A DNA stretch of 63,674 nt, counting the filler, from Octopus bimaculoides (Eukaryota): the NCBI RefSeq assembly GCF_001194135.2. It is 6 parts of 5 records of this genome, joined end to end, with 100 filler letters (N's around TTAATTAATTAA, not from the genome) between each part and the next. Parts side by side here need not be neighbours in the genome. Positions count along the whole stretch, not along the records: positions 37,337 to 41,556 come from NC_068987.1; positions 41,657 to 62,423 come from NC_068981.1; 4 more parts are not named here. The stretch is one strand, 5' to 3'. The translations under genes and the position numbers were made by a program. Below the pieces are notes generated by a model that was given only the letters and a program-made list of their open reading frames with translations, was not told where the DNA came from and ran no database searches. Position 1 is the first letter of the stretch. Each line of letters starts with the position of its first letter. Shown here piece after piece: positions 39,154 through 51,030 of the stretch.

Positions 39154-39251
39154 ATGCAGACGTTCCATGATTGCCCGGCATTTTGGTGAGACTTGGTCTT
39201 CTTCAGATTGTAATCGCATGTGTGATAACTGCAAAGCTGTCTCCACAAGCA
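39154..39251 (+). CDS. RECQL: RecQ1 exon: RQC zinc-binding module
   Basis: tttcctctcctag|...|gtaagt. Reads CRRSMIARHFGETWSSSDCNRMCDNCKAVSTS. Phases join correctly to both neighbouring exons. Confidence 0.95.
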
Positions 39252-39859
39252 GTAAGTGACTTTGTTATGAGATTTTTCTTTTTTAGGCTTGAAGAATTGG
39301 TTAATTACTCTAATTCTCCTCCCCTCCTTTAACCCTCCTATCTGATAGTGTTACACTGCTAAACTCAGTGGGTTTTTTAGCAATGCATTCATTGATAGTT
39401 GATGGATTGTGTGTGGTGCTGATGAAAGAGCAATGATTCTTGAAATATGCATATACACCCATTACATTATTTTCCATGATGGCATGGGTTGGATGGTTTG
39501 ACTGAGGTCTGGAGTGCCAGCAGCTGCACCAGGCTCCAATCTGATCTAGCAGAGTTTCTACAGCTAGATGCCCTTCCTAACGCCAAACACTCCTCTGCTT
39601 GTGTCAGGTAAAAAGCACTAAGTCCACTCTGCTGAGTGGTTGGTGTTAGGAAGGGCATCCAGCTGTAAAAGATTCTGCCAAAACAGTCACAGAAGTCTGG
39701 TGCAGGCTTCTGCCTGGCTGGTTCTTGTGAAACCGTCCCACCCATGCTAGCATGGAAGGTGGACGTTAAATGATGATGATGATGATGATGGTGGTGATGA
39801 TTAGTCTCTGCTACGATTCAACTTTGCTGATGTTCTGAGTCATGTCAAGATGGGAGGGA

Positions 39860-40215
39860 AAATGAGAAGGTACTCACAAATGTACTCTCATGCACACCTA
39901 CCCACCCACACAAACACACACACATACACTCACATACAACACACACACACACACACACATGCAAATACACATACACACATACAACAAACACATGCAAATA
40001 CATGCACACACACACAACAGCTATGCACTCAGACAAATATATACATACACAGACCAGCCACACATGTACATACACACAAAGTACAAACTTCACCAACACA
40101 CACACGCACACACACAGAGGCACACACATGCAACATACACATACAACACACACACACATGCACATACATACACGTACACATACTCACACACACATGCACT
40201 TGCACGCATGTATGA
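39860..40215. repeat. Degenerate CA-rich low-complexity tract in a RECQL intron
   Basis: About 350 bp of interrupted (CA)n/(CATA)n. Confidence 0.9.
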
Positions 40216-40835
40216 TGGGCTTCTTTCAGATTCAGCCTGCTAAACACACCCACAGGACTTCGGCTGGCCTGTGGTTGTAATAGAACACACTTGCCCAAGA
40301 TCAAAACATTGCTTTGCTTGCATAACACTTCAGCACGTGATGATTAATAATTGTTGTTTACAACGTGAAAACATAAACAAATAATTTGCCAAAGACATGA
40401 CCCTTTAAAACAATAATACATTAACATCATACTTAAATATTTTTAAGGTCCTTTTATTTTTTTTTTTTTTTGCACAGTATCTTTGCAGTTCTTGATTGTC
40501 CTTAATTATGTATCTGTTGAGAAAAAATCAAAGGTCATAATAAGCTATTGGTTTTCAAGAACTTTTGATTCATATCAAAGTTATGATGAGACCAATATCA
40601 TTACCATTTCCTTTCATTAAGTATTCACCACTCACAATGTGCGCTCATATACCTCTCTGTAATTACACAAGACTTCAGTTTTATATAATGTGACCAAGTG
40701 CTACTTAGATTGCATTTATGTATCTCTTAACGAACCAGCGACATGTTAACTGTTTAACTGTACCACATGCTCTTGCCACTTAAAAACCAATCGTAATATT
40801 ATTATAAAACAATGTTAATGCTTCTACACTTCCAG

Positions 40836-41105
40836 CAATTAAAACAAAGAATGTCAACAAGTATGCAGCTGATGTACTGACTTTGGTTAAACGTGGCCAG
40901 CAAATTCAACAGTTCCACACGTTGACGAAATTGGTAGATGCTTGGTTTGGTAAAGGAGTTCCGGCTCTACGAGTAAGAGAGATTAAAGCACCGACGTTAA
41001 CAAGACAGACGTGTGAGAGGATTATAGCTATGATGCTACTGAAGGGTTACCTAAAAGAAGACTTCCATTTCACTCCGTATTCTACCATCAGCTATATCAG
41101 GTCTG
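40836..41105 (+). CDS. RECQL: RecQ1 exon: winged-helix domain
   Basis: cttctacacttccag|...G|gtatgt. Reads IKTKNVNKYAADVLTLVKRGQQIQQFHTLTKLVDAWFGKGVPALRVREIKAPTLTRQTCERIIAMMLLKGYLKEDFHFTPYSTISYIRS, matching the RECQL LKEDYSFTAYATISY beta-hairpin. Confidence 0.95.
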
Positions 41106-41556
41106 GTATGTACCCTTTTTTTGTCTCCCCTTCTTTTGCTAGTTTCAGTCATAAGACTGTGGCCATACTGGGGCATTGCCTTGAAGAGTTTTTATTTGAA
41201 TGAATTGACCCCAGTACTTACTTTTTTCTTTTTTTTTTTTTTAAAGCCTGGTACTCATTCCATTGATTGTTTTTGCTGAACCACTAAGTTATGTCATGCA
41301 GTTTTGGGACACACACACATATCATCATCATCATCATCATCATCGTTTAACGTCCGCTTTCCATGCTAGCATGGGTTGGACGATTTGACTGAGGACTGGT
41401 GAAACCGGATGGCAACACCAGGCTCCAGTCTAATTTGGCAGAGTTTCTACAGCTGGATGCCCTTCCTAACGCCAACCACTCAGAGAGTGTAGTGGGTGCT
41501 TTTACGTGTGACCTGCACGAAAACGGCCACGCTCGAAATGGTGTCTTTTATGTGCC

Positions 41557-41656
41557 NNNNNNNNNNNNNNNNNNNNNNNNNNNNNNNNNNNNNNNNNNNN
41601 TTAATTAATTAANNNNNNNNNNNNNNNNNNNNNNNNNNNNNNNNNNNNNNNNNNNN
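41557..41656. other. Artificial scaffold-join spacer
   Basis: N44-TTAATTAATTAA-N44. Confidence 0.95.
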
Positions 41657-41658
41657 AT

Positions 41659-41699
<41 letters not shown>

Positions 41700-41712
<13 letters not shown>

Positions 41713-41930
41713 ATGTTTGTGTGTCTGTGTTTGTCCCCGCCCCCCAACATCACTTGACAACCGATGCTGGTGTGTTTACGTCCCCGTAACTTAGCGGTTC
41801 GGCAAAAAGAGACCGATAGAATAAGTACTAGGCTTCCAAAGAATAAGTACTGGGGTCGATTTGCTCGACTAAAGGCGGTGCTCCAGCATGGCCACAGTCG
41901 AATGACTGAAACAAGTAAAAGAGAGAGTAT
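41700..41930. mobile_element. SINE-like family D
   Basis: GTAACTTAGCGGTTCGGCAAAA...GGCGGTGCTCCAGCATGGCCACAGTC...TGACTGAAACAAGTAAAAG recurs at about 43030-43235, 53070-53250, 57820-58030 (reverse) and 62524-62580. Confidence 0.75.
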
Positions 41931-42059
41931 TAAACAAACATTTCACGACGCTCATGCCACGCGTTACAAGCTTTGCAGAGTTCATAGAGCATTGAGTAGC
42001 AATCATATTTTGATAGCCAGCATGGATCACTATGATGCTGGTAACTCTTTTTCAATATT

Positions 42060-42420
42060 CAGATAGCTTTACTATAGTCAATGCCTTTAAGAAGCTGACA
42101 ACAACGTGGTTTACAAAGATATAATCTTCCCCTAACACATGACATTATCGTTAAGACGGTGATACTATACGCAGAAAAGATTGTTCTGATTGCAATACCA
42201 AAGGTATACCAGAACCAGAAAGTATCCACATCTTTAAAAATAAAGACTACTGGTGAACATTCTGATGAAATCAGCAACCCAGTGTAAACCCAACATGACA
42301 GATATAGTTGTATGGAATGGGGAGCAAGATTTATGCACCGTTGCAGAGGCCAGTAGCCGAGCGAATGTGAATGTCTCTTGAGAAATTATACTCGCTGAAG
42401 TAGAGCTGACGCATTAGTAT
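42060..42420 (+). mobile_element. RLE-type non-LTR remnant, family 2
   Basis: Across frames: HDIIVKTV, RRKDCSD...IHIFKNKDYW, and DIVVWNGEQDLCTVAEAS (PD-type nuclease region). Confidence 0.6.
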
Positions 42421-42597
42421 ATGAGGATAGGTGCAGGTATGGCTCTGTGGTTAAGAAGTTCGTTTTGCAACCACGTGATTTCAAGTTCAATGCCATCGTG
42501 CGGCACATTGGGCACGTGTCTTGTACTATAGCCCTGGACTGCTAATGTCTTGAGTCAATTTGGTAGACAGAAACTGAAAGAACTGCGCCATACATAG

Positions 42598-42925
42598 AGG
42601 AGCACTCCGTCGGTTACGACGACGAGGGTCCCAGCTGATACGATCAACGGAACAGCCTGCTCGTGGAATTAACGTACAAGTGGCTGAGCAATCCACAGAC
42701 ACGTGTACCCCTAACGTAGTTCTCAGGGAGATTCAGCTTGACACAGAGTGTGACAAGGCCGGCCCTTTGAAATACAGGTACTACTCATTTTTGCCAGCTG
42801 AGTGGACTGGAGCATCGTGAAATAAAGTGTCTTGCTCAAGGACACAACGCGTCGCCGGGAATTGAACTCACGACCTTACGACCGTGAGCCAAATGCCCTA
42901 ACCACTAAGCCGCGCGCCTTCACGC
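42598..42925 (-). mobile_element. tRNA-headed SINE, family B
   Basis: Minus-strand head GCGCGGCTTAGTGGTTAGGGC...GTGAGTTCAATTCCC. Body matches 4762-4960. Confidence 0.75.
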
Positions 42926-42991
42926 GCCATACATACATACATACATGCATACATACATAATACATACATACATACATGCATACATACATAC

Positions 42992-43033
<42 letters not shown>

Positions 43034-43732
43034 TTGTCACCACTACTTGATAACAGCTGTTGGTTTGTTTACGTTCCAGTAACTTAGCGGTTGAGCAAAA
43101 TAGACCCATAGAATAAGTACTAAGCTTAAAAATATAAATAAGTACTAGTGTCGATTTGTTCGACTAAACCCCTCACGGCGGTGTCCCAGCATGGCCGCAG
43201 TCTAATGACTGAAACAAGTAAAACAAGTAAAAAGACATAAAAGATACTACTGTACATTGGCCAGCGTCGGAAAACAGCGTCGGAAAATAAATAACTCATA
43301 GACGCATTCTGCAGCAAAAAAGAAAGAGAGAGAGAAAAAAAGCAATAGTTGTTAATGTTAACATTTATAGCAGTTTTGACTTTACACCTTGATGTGTAAT
43401 ATTCACGTGTCATCATCGATTGGTAACGCAAGGTCAAATTGAATTAGAATGGTGGTTAGGTCTTAAGGTTAGTCACATCGAACTCGCACAGCACAGCAAA
43501 GAATTAAATATCGAAACCTTTTCCCACGATGTGCCTCATGTGACAACATATGGAGGCCTGTAAAATTCTAAGACTGAAATTGCGAAGAAGGACATTAAAT
43601 GGATAACACCAGTCAAATAATGAACTCACAAAACCCCCATACATTCGTAACAAAAAAAGGAATCGACTAGTCCCCTCCCCACAAAATTTCAGGCCTTGTG
43701 CTTTTAGAAGAAAAGACTACTACTACTACTAC

Positions 43733-43832
<100 letters not shown>

Positions 43833-43839
43833 GTTATTA

Positions 43840-43976
43840 TGTGAAAGAACAGCACACGCCATCAAAGTGACACTGGTGTACAAATATACGCAGCCCAATA
43901 TACACATCATGACTACCTGTCTGATAAGGGTACACTTAGCACATGCATTACAACCATATGTGCGCGACATGGTGAA

Positions 43977-43980
<4 letters not shown>
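43840..43980. mobile_element. Fragment of a non-coding repeat embedded in (ATT)n
   Basis: Reverse-complement match to 45230-45368. Confidence 0.7.
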
Positions 43981-44065
<85 letters not shown>

Positions 44066-44752
44066 CAGATAACAGCTGTGCAGGAAAATGTAAGTAACAG
44101 GGTGTGGTCCCGAGGTGTGCTTGCGCTATGACACTCCTAGCTTTGAATATGGATGCACATTGTACGTTACACACAGCTGTGTGTTTGAAGCACATGGCAG
44201 CGATTTCTAACCAGTTGCCTTGGCTGCAGTTCTTTATATATTTGTTTACTCTAAAAGAAGAAGCAAATAAACAAAAAAATTTTTTTTTTACCTTGATTAA
44301 CATATTAGTATATCAACAGCTGTTGTACTCTCTTGTAAATGCTGTTTTCAATCTAATCTAATTCAATATCATTTTATAGTCGTTGTATACGAACGCGACA
44401 AAAGGTTAATGGCATTTCAGAGAAATTGATTTTACATGGATTATGCTAACTTGTTTGTAAGTGGGCGAAAAGTTAAGAAAATGACAGCTAACGTGAGATA
44501 TGATGAGACACTCCAGACTACAAACCTTCTATGTTTATTGAAATTTGTGTACTATTAAGTGAGAGGCAACTCCGTAGATTCTCTGGGCTATCTGAAGGAG
44601 CAGAACTTGATTGAAGCCGTTCCAGTCGTGAACGTTCAGGTTTTTTTTTCAGGCATCATATATCGAGGACTACATCAATCAATGTCCTCTCGGTTTTTTA
44701 AGACAGAACACATTTACACGCACAGCTGTTATCTAGAATGATAATAATAGTA

Positions 44753-44790
<38 letters not shown>

Positions 44791-44811
44791 AATAATAATA
44801 ATAATAATAAT

Positions 44812-44848
<37 letters not shown>

Positions 44849-44849
44849 T

Positions 44850-45369
44850 ACCAGGTAGTGGATCTTATGGCTTCTGATTTTAATTGATTGGAAGTGTTAT
44901 CATGTACATTGTTTTGTCTTGGTATAAAAGATGGGCTACAGCAAATATTCTGCTTAATGCCACAAATTTTCTTGTCAGTTGTTTGGCCTTAACCAGTTGA
45001 GCATGTCCCTTAGTGGCTGGCGATATGTGCATCTCTGATCATGAGCAGAAGTAGTGGGGGAGAGGAATTCTTTGGGGTTTGAATAATTCACCTTTGGAAA
45101 CAGGTGCTTTGCTCAACATCCTTAAACAAACCTTCTTCGGGGACCTTTTGAGCAGGATGGGCTACTCAACCTGAAGAAAATTCTAACTGGGCCCCACCTG
45201 CAAGGTCATGTGCTGTTTATCTTGAAACAAGATCACCATGTCACGTACATATGGTTGTGATGCATGTGCCTGGTGTACCCTTATCAGACGGGTAGTCATG
45301 ATGGGTATAATGGGCTTCGTATATTTGTACCCCAATGTCACTTTGATGGCATGCACTGCTCTCTCACTC

Positions 45370-45370
<1 letters not shown>
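44850..45370. mobile_element. About 520-bp non-coding repeat embedded in (AAT)n
   Basis: (AAT)n on both sides, partial second copy at 43840-43980, no recognisable ORF. Confidence 0.6.
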
Positions 45371-45412
<42 letters not shown>

Positions 45413-45599
45413 TCTTTATTAACCACAATGGTTTACATTAAGAAAAAACCTTATGGACAGTACAGGACAAAACACAGAAAGTGTATGTGTTTGTGTATGT
45501 CTGTGTGTGTGAGGGTTTTGCGTATAAACAAGACTAACACAATTTTAGAGGAAAAAATCAACAATGTGTAGTCCTCAATAGGGAGTTCGAGGGCTGCTT

Positions 45600-45790
45600 A
45601 TGGAAAAAACCCATAAAAAACTTGACTTTGGGATAGATGCCTTTTTCCTTTCGTTTTTTTCCAACTACAGGCGAATGCTTAGGGCAAGCCCGTTCACTCG
45701 CACCACTCTCTTCACTTTCATCCACCTTTTAGCAAACTGGCTAGAAGACAACACTTCCATCTCTATCCTTAATTTCCTTTTCAAGTGAAA
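45600..45790 (-). mobile_element. Tx1/L1-like ORF2 extreme C-terminus
   Basis: FHLKRKLRIEMEVLSSSQFAKRWMKVKRVVRVNG resembles YHLKSKIGLERRCLSRGMFEKRWKAVVRKVG at about 46270-46370. Confidence 0.6.
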
Positions 45791-45982
45791 CCTGAAGGAA
45801 ATTACTATTATTAAATCTCACAACGAGAGATATTCAGCAACAGTACTTTGGAGTAAAGATTTTTTGCCAACATAACATTTGCCCCAGGATACATCGTCTC
45901 CAGCTGACTACACGACACGATCTGTGTCCTCATATTTTCGAACAAGGGAATCTAGCACCCCTACTCAGCTCAAAACAATATA

Positions 45983-46023
45983 TGTGTATCGTGATTTCCG
46001 GGTTATTTCCCTTCATCAGCACA
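45983..46023 (-). ncRNA. Minimal hammerhead-ribozyme-like motif
   Basis: Minus strand reads UGUG-CUGAUGA-A-GGG-AAAUAA-CCC-G-GAAAU-CACG-AUA-CACA. The core is intact and stems I, II and III can all pair. Confidence 0.65.
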
Positions 46024-46250
46024 GAATAATTGCTCGGCTAGAGGTGAATGTTTTATTAGGATAATTAATATCGTACATAGAGGGGACAAAACAGGACAAT
46101 ACAAACAATTATTGTTATTATGAGTTCGTATGATACTTAGTTTTTTAAAATATTGATTGATATATAATTAAAATTTGACTTTTGTGTGGGGGATTATACC
46201 TGATGGGTTGAAAAGCCCAGCGACTATACCTTTTCCCTTTCTCATGAGGA

Positions 46251-47893
46251 TTAAACAGGGTCACTTGCACCCACCTTCCTTACCACAGCCTTCCATCTTT
46301 TCTCGAACATACCTCGCGACAAGCATCTCCTCTCCAGCCCTATCTTGCTCTTCAGATGATATCTGAAGTATGTCAGCAAACCAGGGCCAGAGATGAAGGA
46401 TCCCGTCATGAGTCCTTGCAATCTGGGCTTCCACATACACTCTTTCAACACTGCAAATGAACAGAGAAAACCTCTGCCTAGGTCTGACAACACGTGTTCA
46501 ACGTAAATTATCAAGCCTGAAAGCTTCTGGCATTGTACAAAAGCGTGCTAGACGGTTTCATCGTCCAGCCCACATCTTGGATATGCCGTTGGCACTGACA
46601 TTCCGTGCCTGGATAACTTATCGCGAACAGGTAAAACGTTCCTGTAGCACTGCCAGGTCAGAGATTTTTGGTAATTATCCAAATACCCCGACCTGAAAGT
46701 TCTGCCATTGTCACAGACAGATAGCCGTTTATCTGAACGGTGGATTTGATGCCGCTATACATTGCGGAGATCCACCTACGGAAGTCCGGGCCCAGCCCTG
46801 CCGCTTCGAGAATCGCCGCCCGGTATAGGTGGTCTACTCTATCAAACGCTTTACTTTGGTCTAAATGGACCAGTGCCCCACCTTTGCCGGTTAATTTACC
46901 CAACCTGTCTAAGGTGTAGCGTATAAGGTGAAGATTGTCCTGGATCGACCTGCCTGCAATGGTGCATGACTGCGCCTTCCCTACAAACTTCTCCACGACA
47001 CGTGTCAACCTTTTTGCTAACACCTTGGCCAAAATTTTTAACTCTACATTGAGAAGAGTTATGGGCCTGTAATTATTTATAATGTCCCCCTTGCTCGGGT
47101 CCTTCTGGATCAGCGTCACCACTCCCCGACTCACAGAGCTGGGAATCCTCCCATTCTGTTGCCAGTTTGTGTAGACGTTTGCCAACAGGTATCCGAACAA
47201 GTCCGGCATGCTACGATAAAACTCATAGAGTAGACCATCCAGCCCCGGCGACTTGTCCCCGGCGCACTCGGCCAACACCTCTTTGACCTCTGCAGGTGTA
47301 ATCTGTCCTTCACAGCATTCCGTCTCACGTGCCGAGAGTCGCGGCCCACCGGCGAGGAAGCCCTTTAGGGACTCCCCACGCTCGAGCGTGTCGCTCTGCC
47401 CAAACAACCGGGCGAAATGCTGGTGAAAGGCCTTTTGCATCTTTTCCTGCCCATAGATTTTGCGCCCCTGTTCGTCAGTTAAAGACTTTATAGAGGCTTT
47501 TTTGCCCCTCTGACACTCCCCACGACGGGCCCATCCGGCAACGTTAATACCTTCTCGGCCCACTGCACGTAGCTTAGCTCTAACTCTGCGGCCTTCGTGT
47601 TTGGCTTTGAGGTGACGGTACAAGACCGTTCTCGCCGCCAGCACTCTAGATGAAGAGCCAGATTCCATAACCTCGTCTAAATTCTTAACCAATTCCCTTT
47701 CTATTCTAGATCTATCTAAACTTTGCTGATTGCTAAATCTAATAGACTCTAAACAAATAGCTCTCTTGAGGGTGTGCCACCATCTATTATTAATGATGGC
47801 GTCACATAGTGCCCTCTGTACTAAATCCTTAATCCGGGCACGGAACGAACTAACATAACTTTGGTAACAGTAAAATCTCGATTTCCGACGCAA
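46251..47893 (-). mobile_element. Tx1/L1-clade LINE ORF2, internally deleted
   Basis: 411-aa ORF with KSPGLDG, NYRPITLLNVELKILAKVLAKRL and LDQSKAFDRVDH. It jumps after VQINGYLS to the C-terminal zinc region PRCGLDDETV*HAFVQC, so the RT YADD region is missing. Confidence 0.92.
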
Positions 47894-48169
47894 AAAATTA
47901 TTCGGCTAGTGGTAGTTTCTTTATTTGAGCACACAAGCTCTTATAAAGAGGGGACGATACATGGACAGACAACAAAACACAGCGGGGTACATAAAACATA
48001 AACGAATGAAATAATGAATTATAATGATAAAATGAAATATGCAGTGTCTTACTTGCTCCCCACTCGCAGGCAGTGTCATTTAACTGTTCATTTATAACAT
48101 TTAACATACAGTTCATTGTTTACTTTTTGCATCGTTTTTCAAAAGTCACTATTTAAAATTTTAAACATT

Positions 48170-48870
48170 TTACTTACTTTCATTTACATTGTGTTCTATT
48201 AAGTCCTTAGATGTCACCACTGGTGGCAACTCATCGTATCGAACCTGTATCGGCGATATTTCGATTTTCTCTCCAAATAGCCCTTTCAACCTCTCTCCTC
48301 TCTGTCTCTCAAGCAAAACTACCTTGTAGCCCTCGCTACATTCACTCTCCGATAACTTAACTCTAATTACATGTTTCATCTTTGTAATTCTTTTCTCGAT
48401 TTCCACACATTTTTTATAGTTTATCATAGTCCTTAATGTGTTTTCCTTTTGGTATCTCTTCCCGCTTTCCATCATTATTCTCTCCTGACGTTCCTGGTAT
48501 CGGTGTCTCATCATTCTCTGTATCTCTCTCACTCGTTGTTGTTGGTATCTCTCTTTTATCTTCCTTTCTTTTCTGCACACTTATTTTCTCCTCCGTAATA
48601 ATTCTCTTTGGTATGGCTGGTCTTACACACTGAGTCTTCCTCTATGTTCTTTCTCTTTTTCAGCGGACTCTTGGATGGCGAATTCACGTTTTCTTCTCTC
48701 TTCATCTTTCTTTTTCCTACTGTATACTTTTCTCCCACATTTTCTGTACTCTTTCCGCTTACTTGCATTTGTGGCTCAACTCTTTGTTCTTCTTCTTCTT
48801 CCTGTTGCTCTTGCTCTACTTCCTCTTCGTGTTTCTGGGGACATCTCGCTTTCATGTGTCCCCGTACTCC
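48170..48870 (-). mobile_element. Possible LINE ORF1 remnant
   Basis: Zinc-knuckle-like GVRGHMKARCP followed by K/E/R-rich sequence in two broken frames, lying between two Tx1 ORF2 pieces. Confidence 0.45.
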
Positions 48871-48899
48871 GTAGATTTATTGCCGCACCGTGCTTCTAC

Positions 48900-49500
48900 C
48901 ACTCGGACTCATTGAACGACTTTCGTTCCTTCGTGTTTTGCGTTGAAGAATTGGTCGAGTGCCAATCTTGCTGCGAACACGTTGGTCGTGATGCCTTTTC
49001 TAAAAGCTTCGTCTAACTTCTTGACTAGCTCTGTCTCTACTTTGTTTCTTTCTACTGCTAGTCCTTTGCTAAACCTTATTGATTCTATTCTAATCACCCT
49101 TTTCAGGGTGAACCACCATTTATTGTTGATTATTGCCCTCATCAACACCCTTTTAACTTGTTCACTAAGCCGGTCACTGAAAGTTTTAAGCACTGGCAAC
49201 GACGTGTTCAGCTTCCAGTAACTGGGTCCCTATCTAAGAAGCCTATCTAAGTTGACTGTACAGATCACGAATTTGTGGTCTATGTAGCAGACTACTTTAA
49301 ACTGTGAACAACCTATGCTCTCCTTATCTGCTACTCTACGGAATACCCTATCTAGATACGATATGGATGACCCGATGCGGTTTGACCAGGTCCACACTGG
49401 CACATCCGGAAATCGAGTCGATACCTGTCAGACAGTTGAAATCGTCTCAGTATGTTTGCGAGGCTTTTGCACCGTACTCTCCTATTTGCTAAACTCAAAC
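48900..49500 (-). mobile_element. Tx1/L1-like endonuclease C-terminus and linker, second copy
   Basis: YLDRVF, IDHKFVICTV and GPSYWKLNTSL, then RAIINNKWWFTLKRVIRIESIRFS, which parallels the 46658-47893 ORF. Confidence 0.85.
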
Positions 49501-49571
49501 TGAGCGTGAGTCCAAGGCGAAGTCACTACACGACAGAATAGAAATCATTCGTCTTAGCTTTCACTGCTTAT

Positions 49572-50096
49572 ACTAAACACGACATTTTTGCCTTACGATA
49601 TGGAAACTTTAGACAGACCCTTCCTGTGGTTCCAAAAGGGACAAGAGCTGATGAGGTAAATGCCAGCATAAAGTCGTCCAACCTATGGAGCAGTGTGCAA
49701 AAGCTGAGAGTCACAACCAATATGAGACTGCAGCTTAGTCGTGATGATGAAGACAAAACCTTTTCAAAGCAACTGTTGAACTTCGGTAATGACACTTCGG
49801 TTGGTGAGAAGGATGGCCGGGTAAGCTTGCCTTTTGGACATATGGTATCTGATTTAAAGGAACTAATAGATAAGGTGTTTCCTAACCTGAGGAATCAGTT
49901 TATAGACCACAACTGGCTGAAAACACTGTCCATTTTAGCTCCAAGGAATGTGGAAGTTGATTTTGATCATCAAACTTCTGGAACAGTTGCCAGGTGAGTG
50001 TCACATCTACAATTTCATCGACATTGTACTCAGCATCGATGACGCTGTGAATTATCCAGTTGAATTCTTGAATAGTCTAACACCACCTGGCCACCT
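49572..50096 (+). mobile_element. Helitron PIF1-like helicase fragment
   Basis: GNFRQTLPVVPKGTRADEVNASIKSSNLW, ILAPRN and NYPVEFLNSLTPPG, with a frameshift near 49950. Confidence 0.92.
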
Positions 50097-50588
50097 GTGT
50101 GTGTGTGTGTNNNNNNNNNNNNNNNNNNNNNNNNNNNNNNNNNNNNNNNNNNNNNNNNNNNNNNNNNNNNNNNNNNNNNNNNNNNNNNNNNNNNNNNNNN
50201 NNNNNNNNNNNNNNNNNNNNNNNNNNNNNNNNNNNNNNNNNNNNNNNNNNNNNNNNNNNNNNNNNNNNNNNNNNNNNNNNNNNNNNNNNNNNNNNNNNNN
50301 NNNNNNNNNNNNNNNNNNNNNNNNNNNNNNNNNNNNNNNNNNNNNNNNNNNNNNNNNNNNNNNNNNNNNNNNNNNNNNNNNNNNNNNNNNNNNNNNNNNN
50401 NNNNNNNNNNNNNNNNNNNNNNNNNNNNNNNNNNNNNNNNNNNNNNNNNNNNNNNNNNNNNNNNNNNNNNNNNNNNNNNNNNNNNNNNNNNNNNNNNNNN
50501 NNNNNNNNNNNNNNNNNNNNNNNNNNNNNNNNNNNNNNNNNNNNNNNNNNNNNNNNNNNNNNNNNNNNNNNNNNNNNNNNNNNNNNNC

Positions 50589-51030
50589 AATAAACTGATT
50601 CGTTATGGGGTTTTCCATTCAATCAGGATGAAAAATCGATAAACCGATTCCTTATAGGATTTATAGGATTTTTCACTAAAATTAGCTACACCCTATTTTC
50701 AACCATAACTTTTATCAATTTTGATGTATTTTGTTCAAATTTGATGCCGGCATTACTTAGGACTCATGGGATCATGGGATCTTTGAATGCTTTAAGTTTT
50801 ATAAAAAAAAACAAAAAAAAAAACAATCGATGAGTAGAAAAATCGATAAACCGATTCCTTGTGAGATTTCCCAATCAAATTTCTGCAACCCATTTTCAGC
50901 CAAATGTTTACCAATTTCAACGAATTTCGCTCAAATTTGACGTCGGTGTTACTTAGTTTGGTTTGAAACAAAATGCTTGATTATTAGCTTAATAATCCTA
51001 ATTTAATCCTGGGCAACGCCGGGCTATACA
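50589..51030 (+). mobile_element. Helitron-like 3' region
   Basis: Two imperfect direct repeats starting AAAATCGATAAACCGATTCCTT, then CCTGGGCAACGCCGGG at 51008-51023, resembling a Helitron subterminal hairpin. No terminal CTAG seen. Confidence 0.5.

Noticed and set aside
42175-42287. Candidate terminal RECQL exon (EKIVLIAIPKVYQNQK...)
   Set aside because: Weak acceptor, lies across an artificial join, and the surrounding frames read as an RLE LINE remnant.
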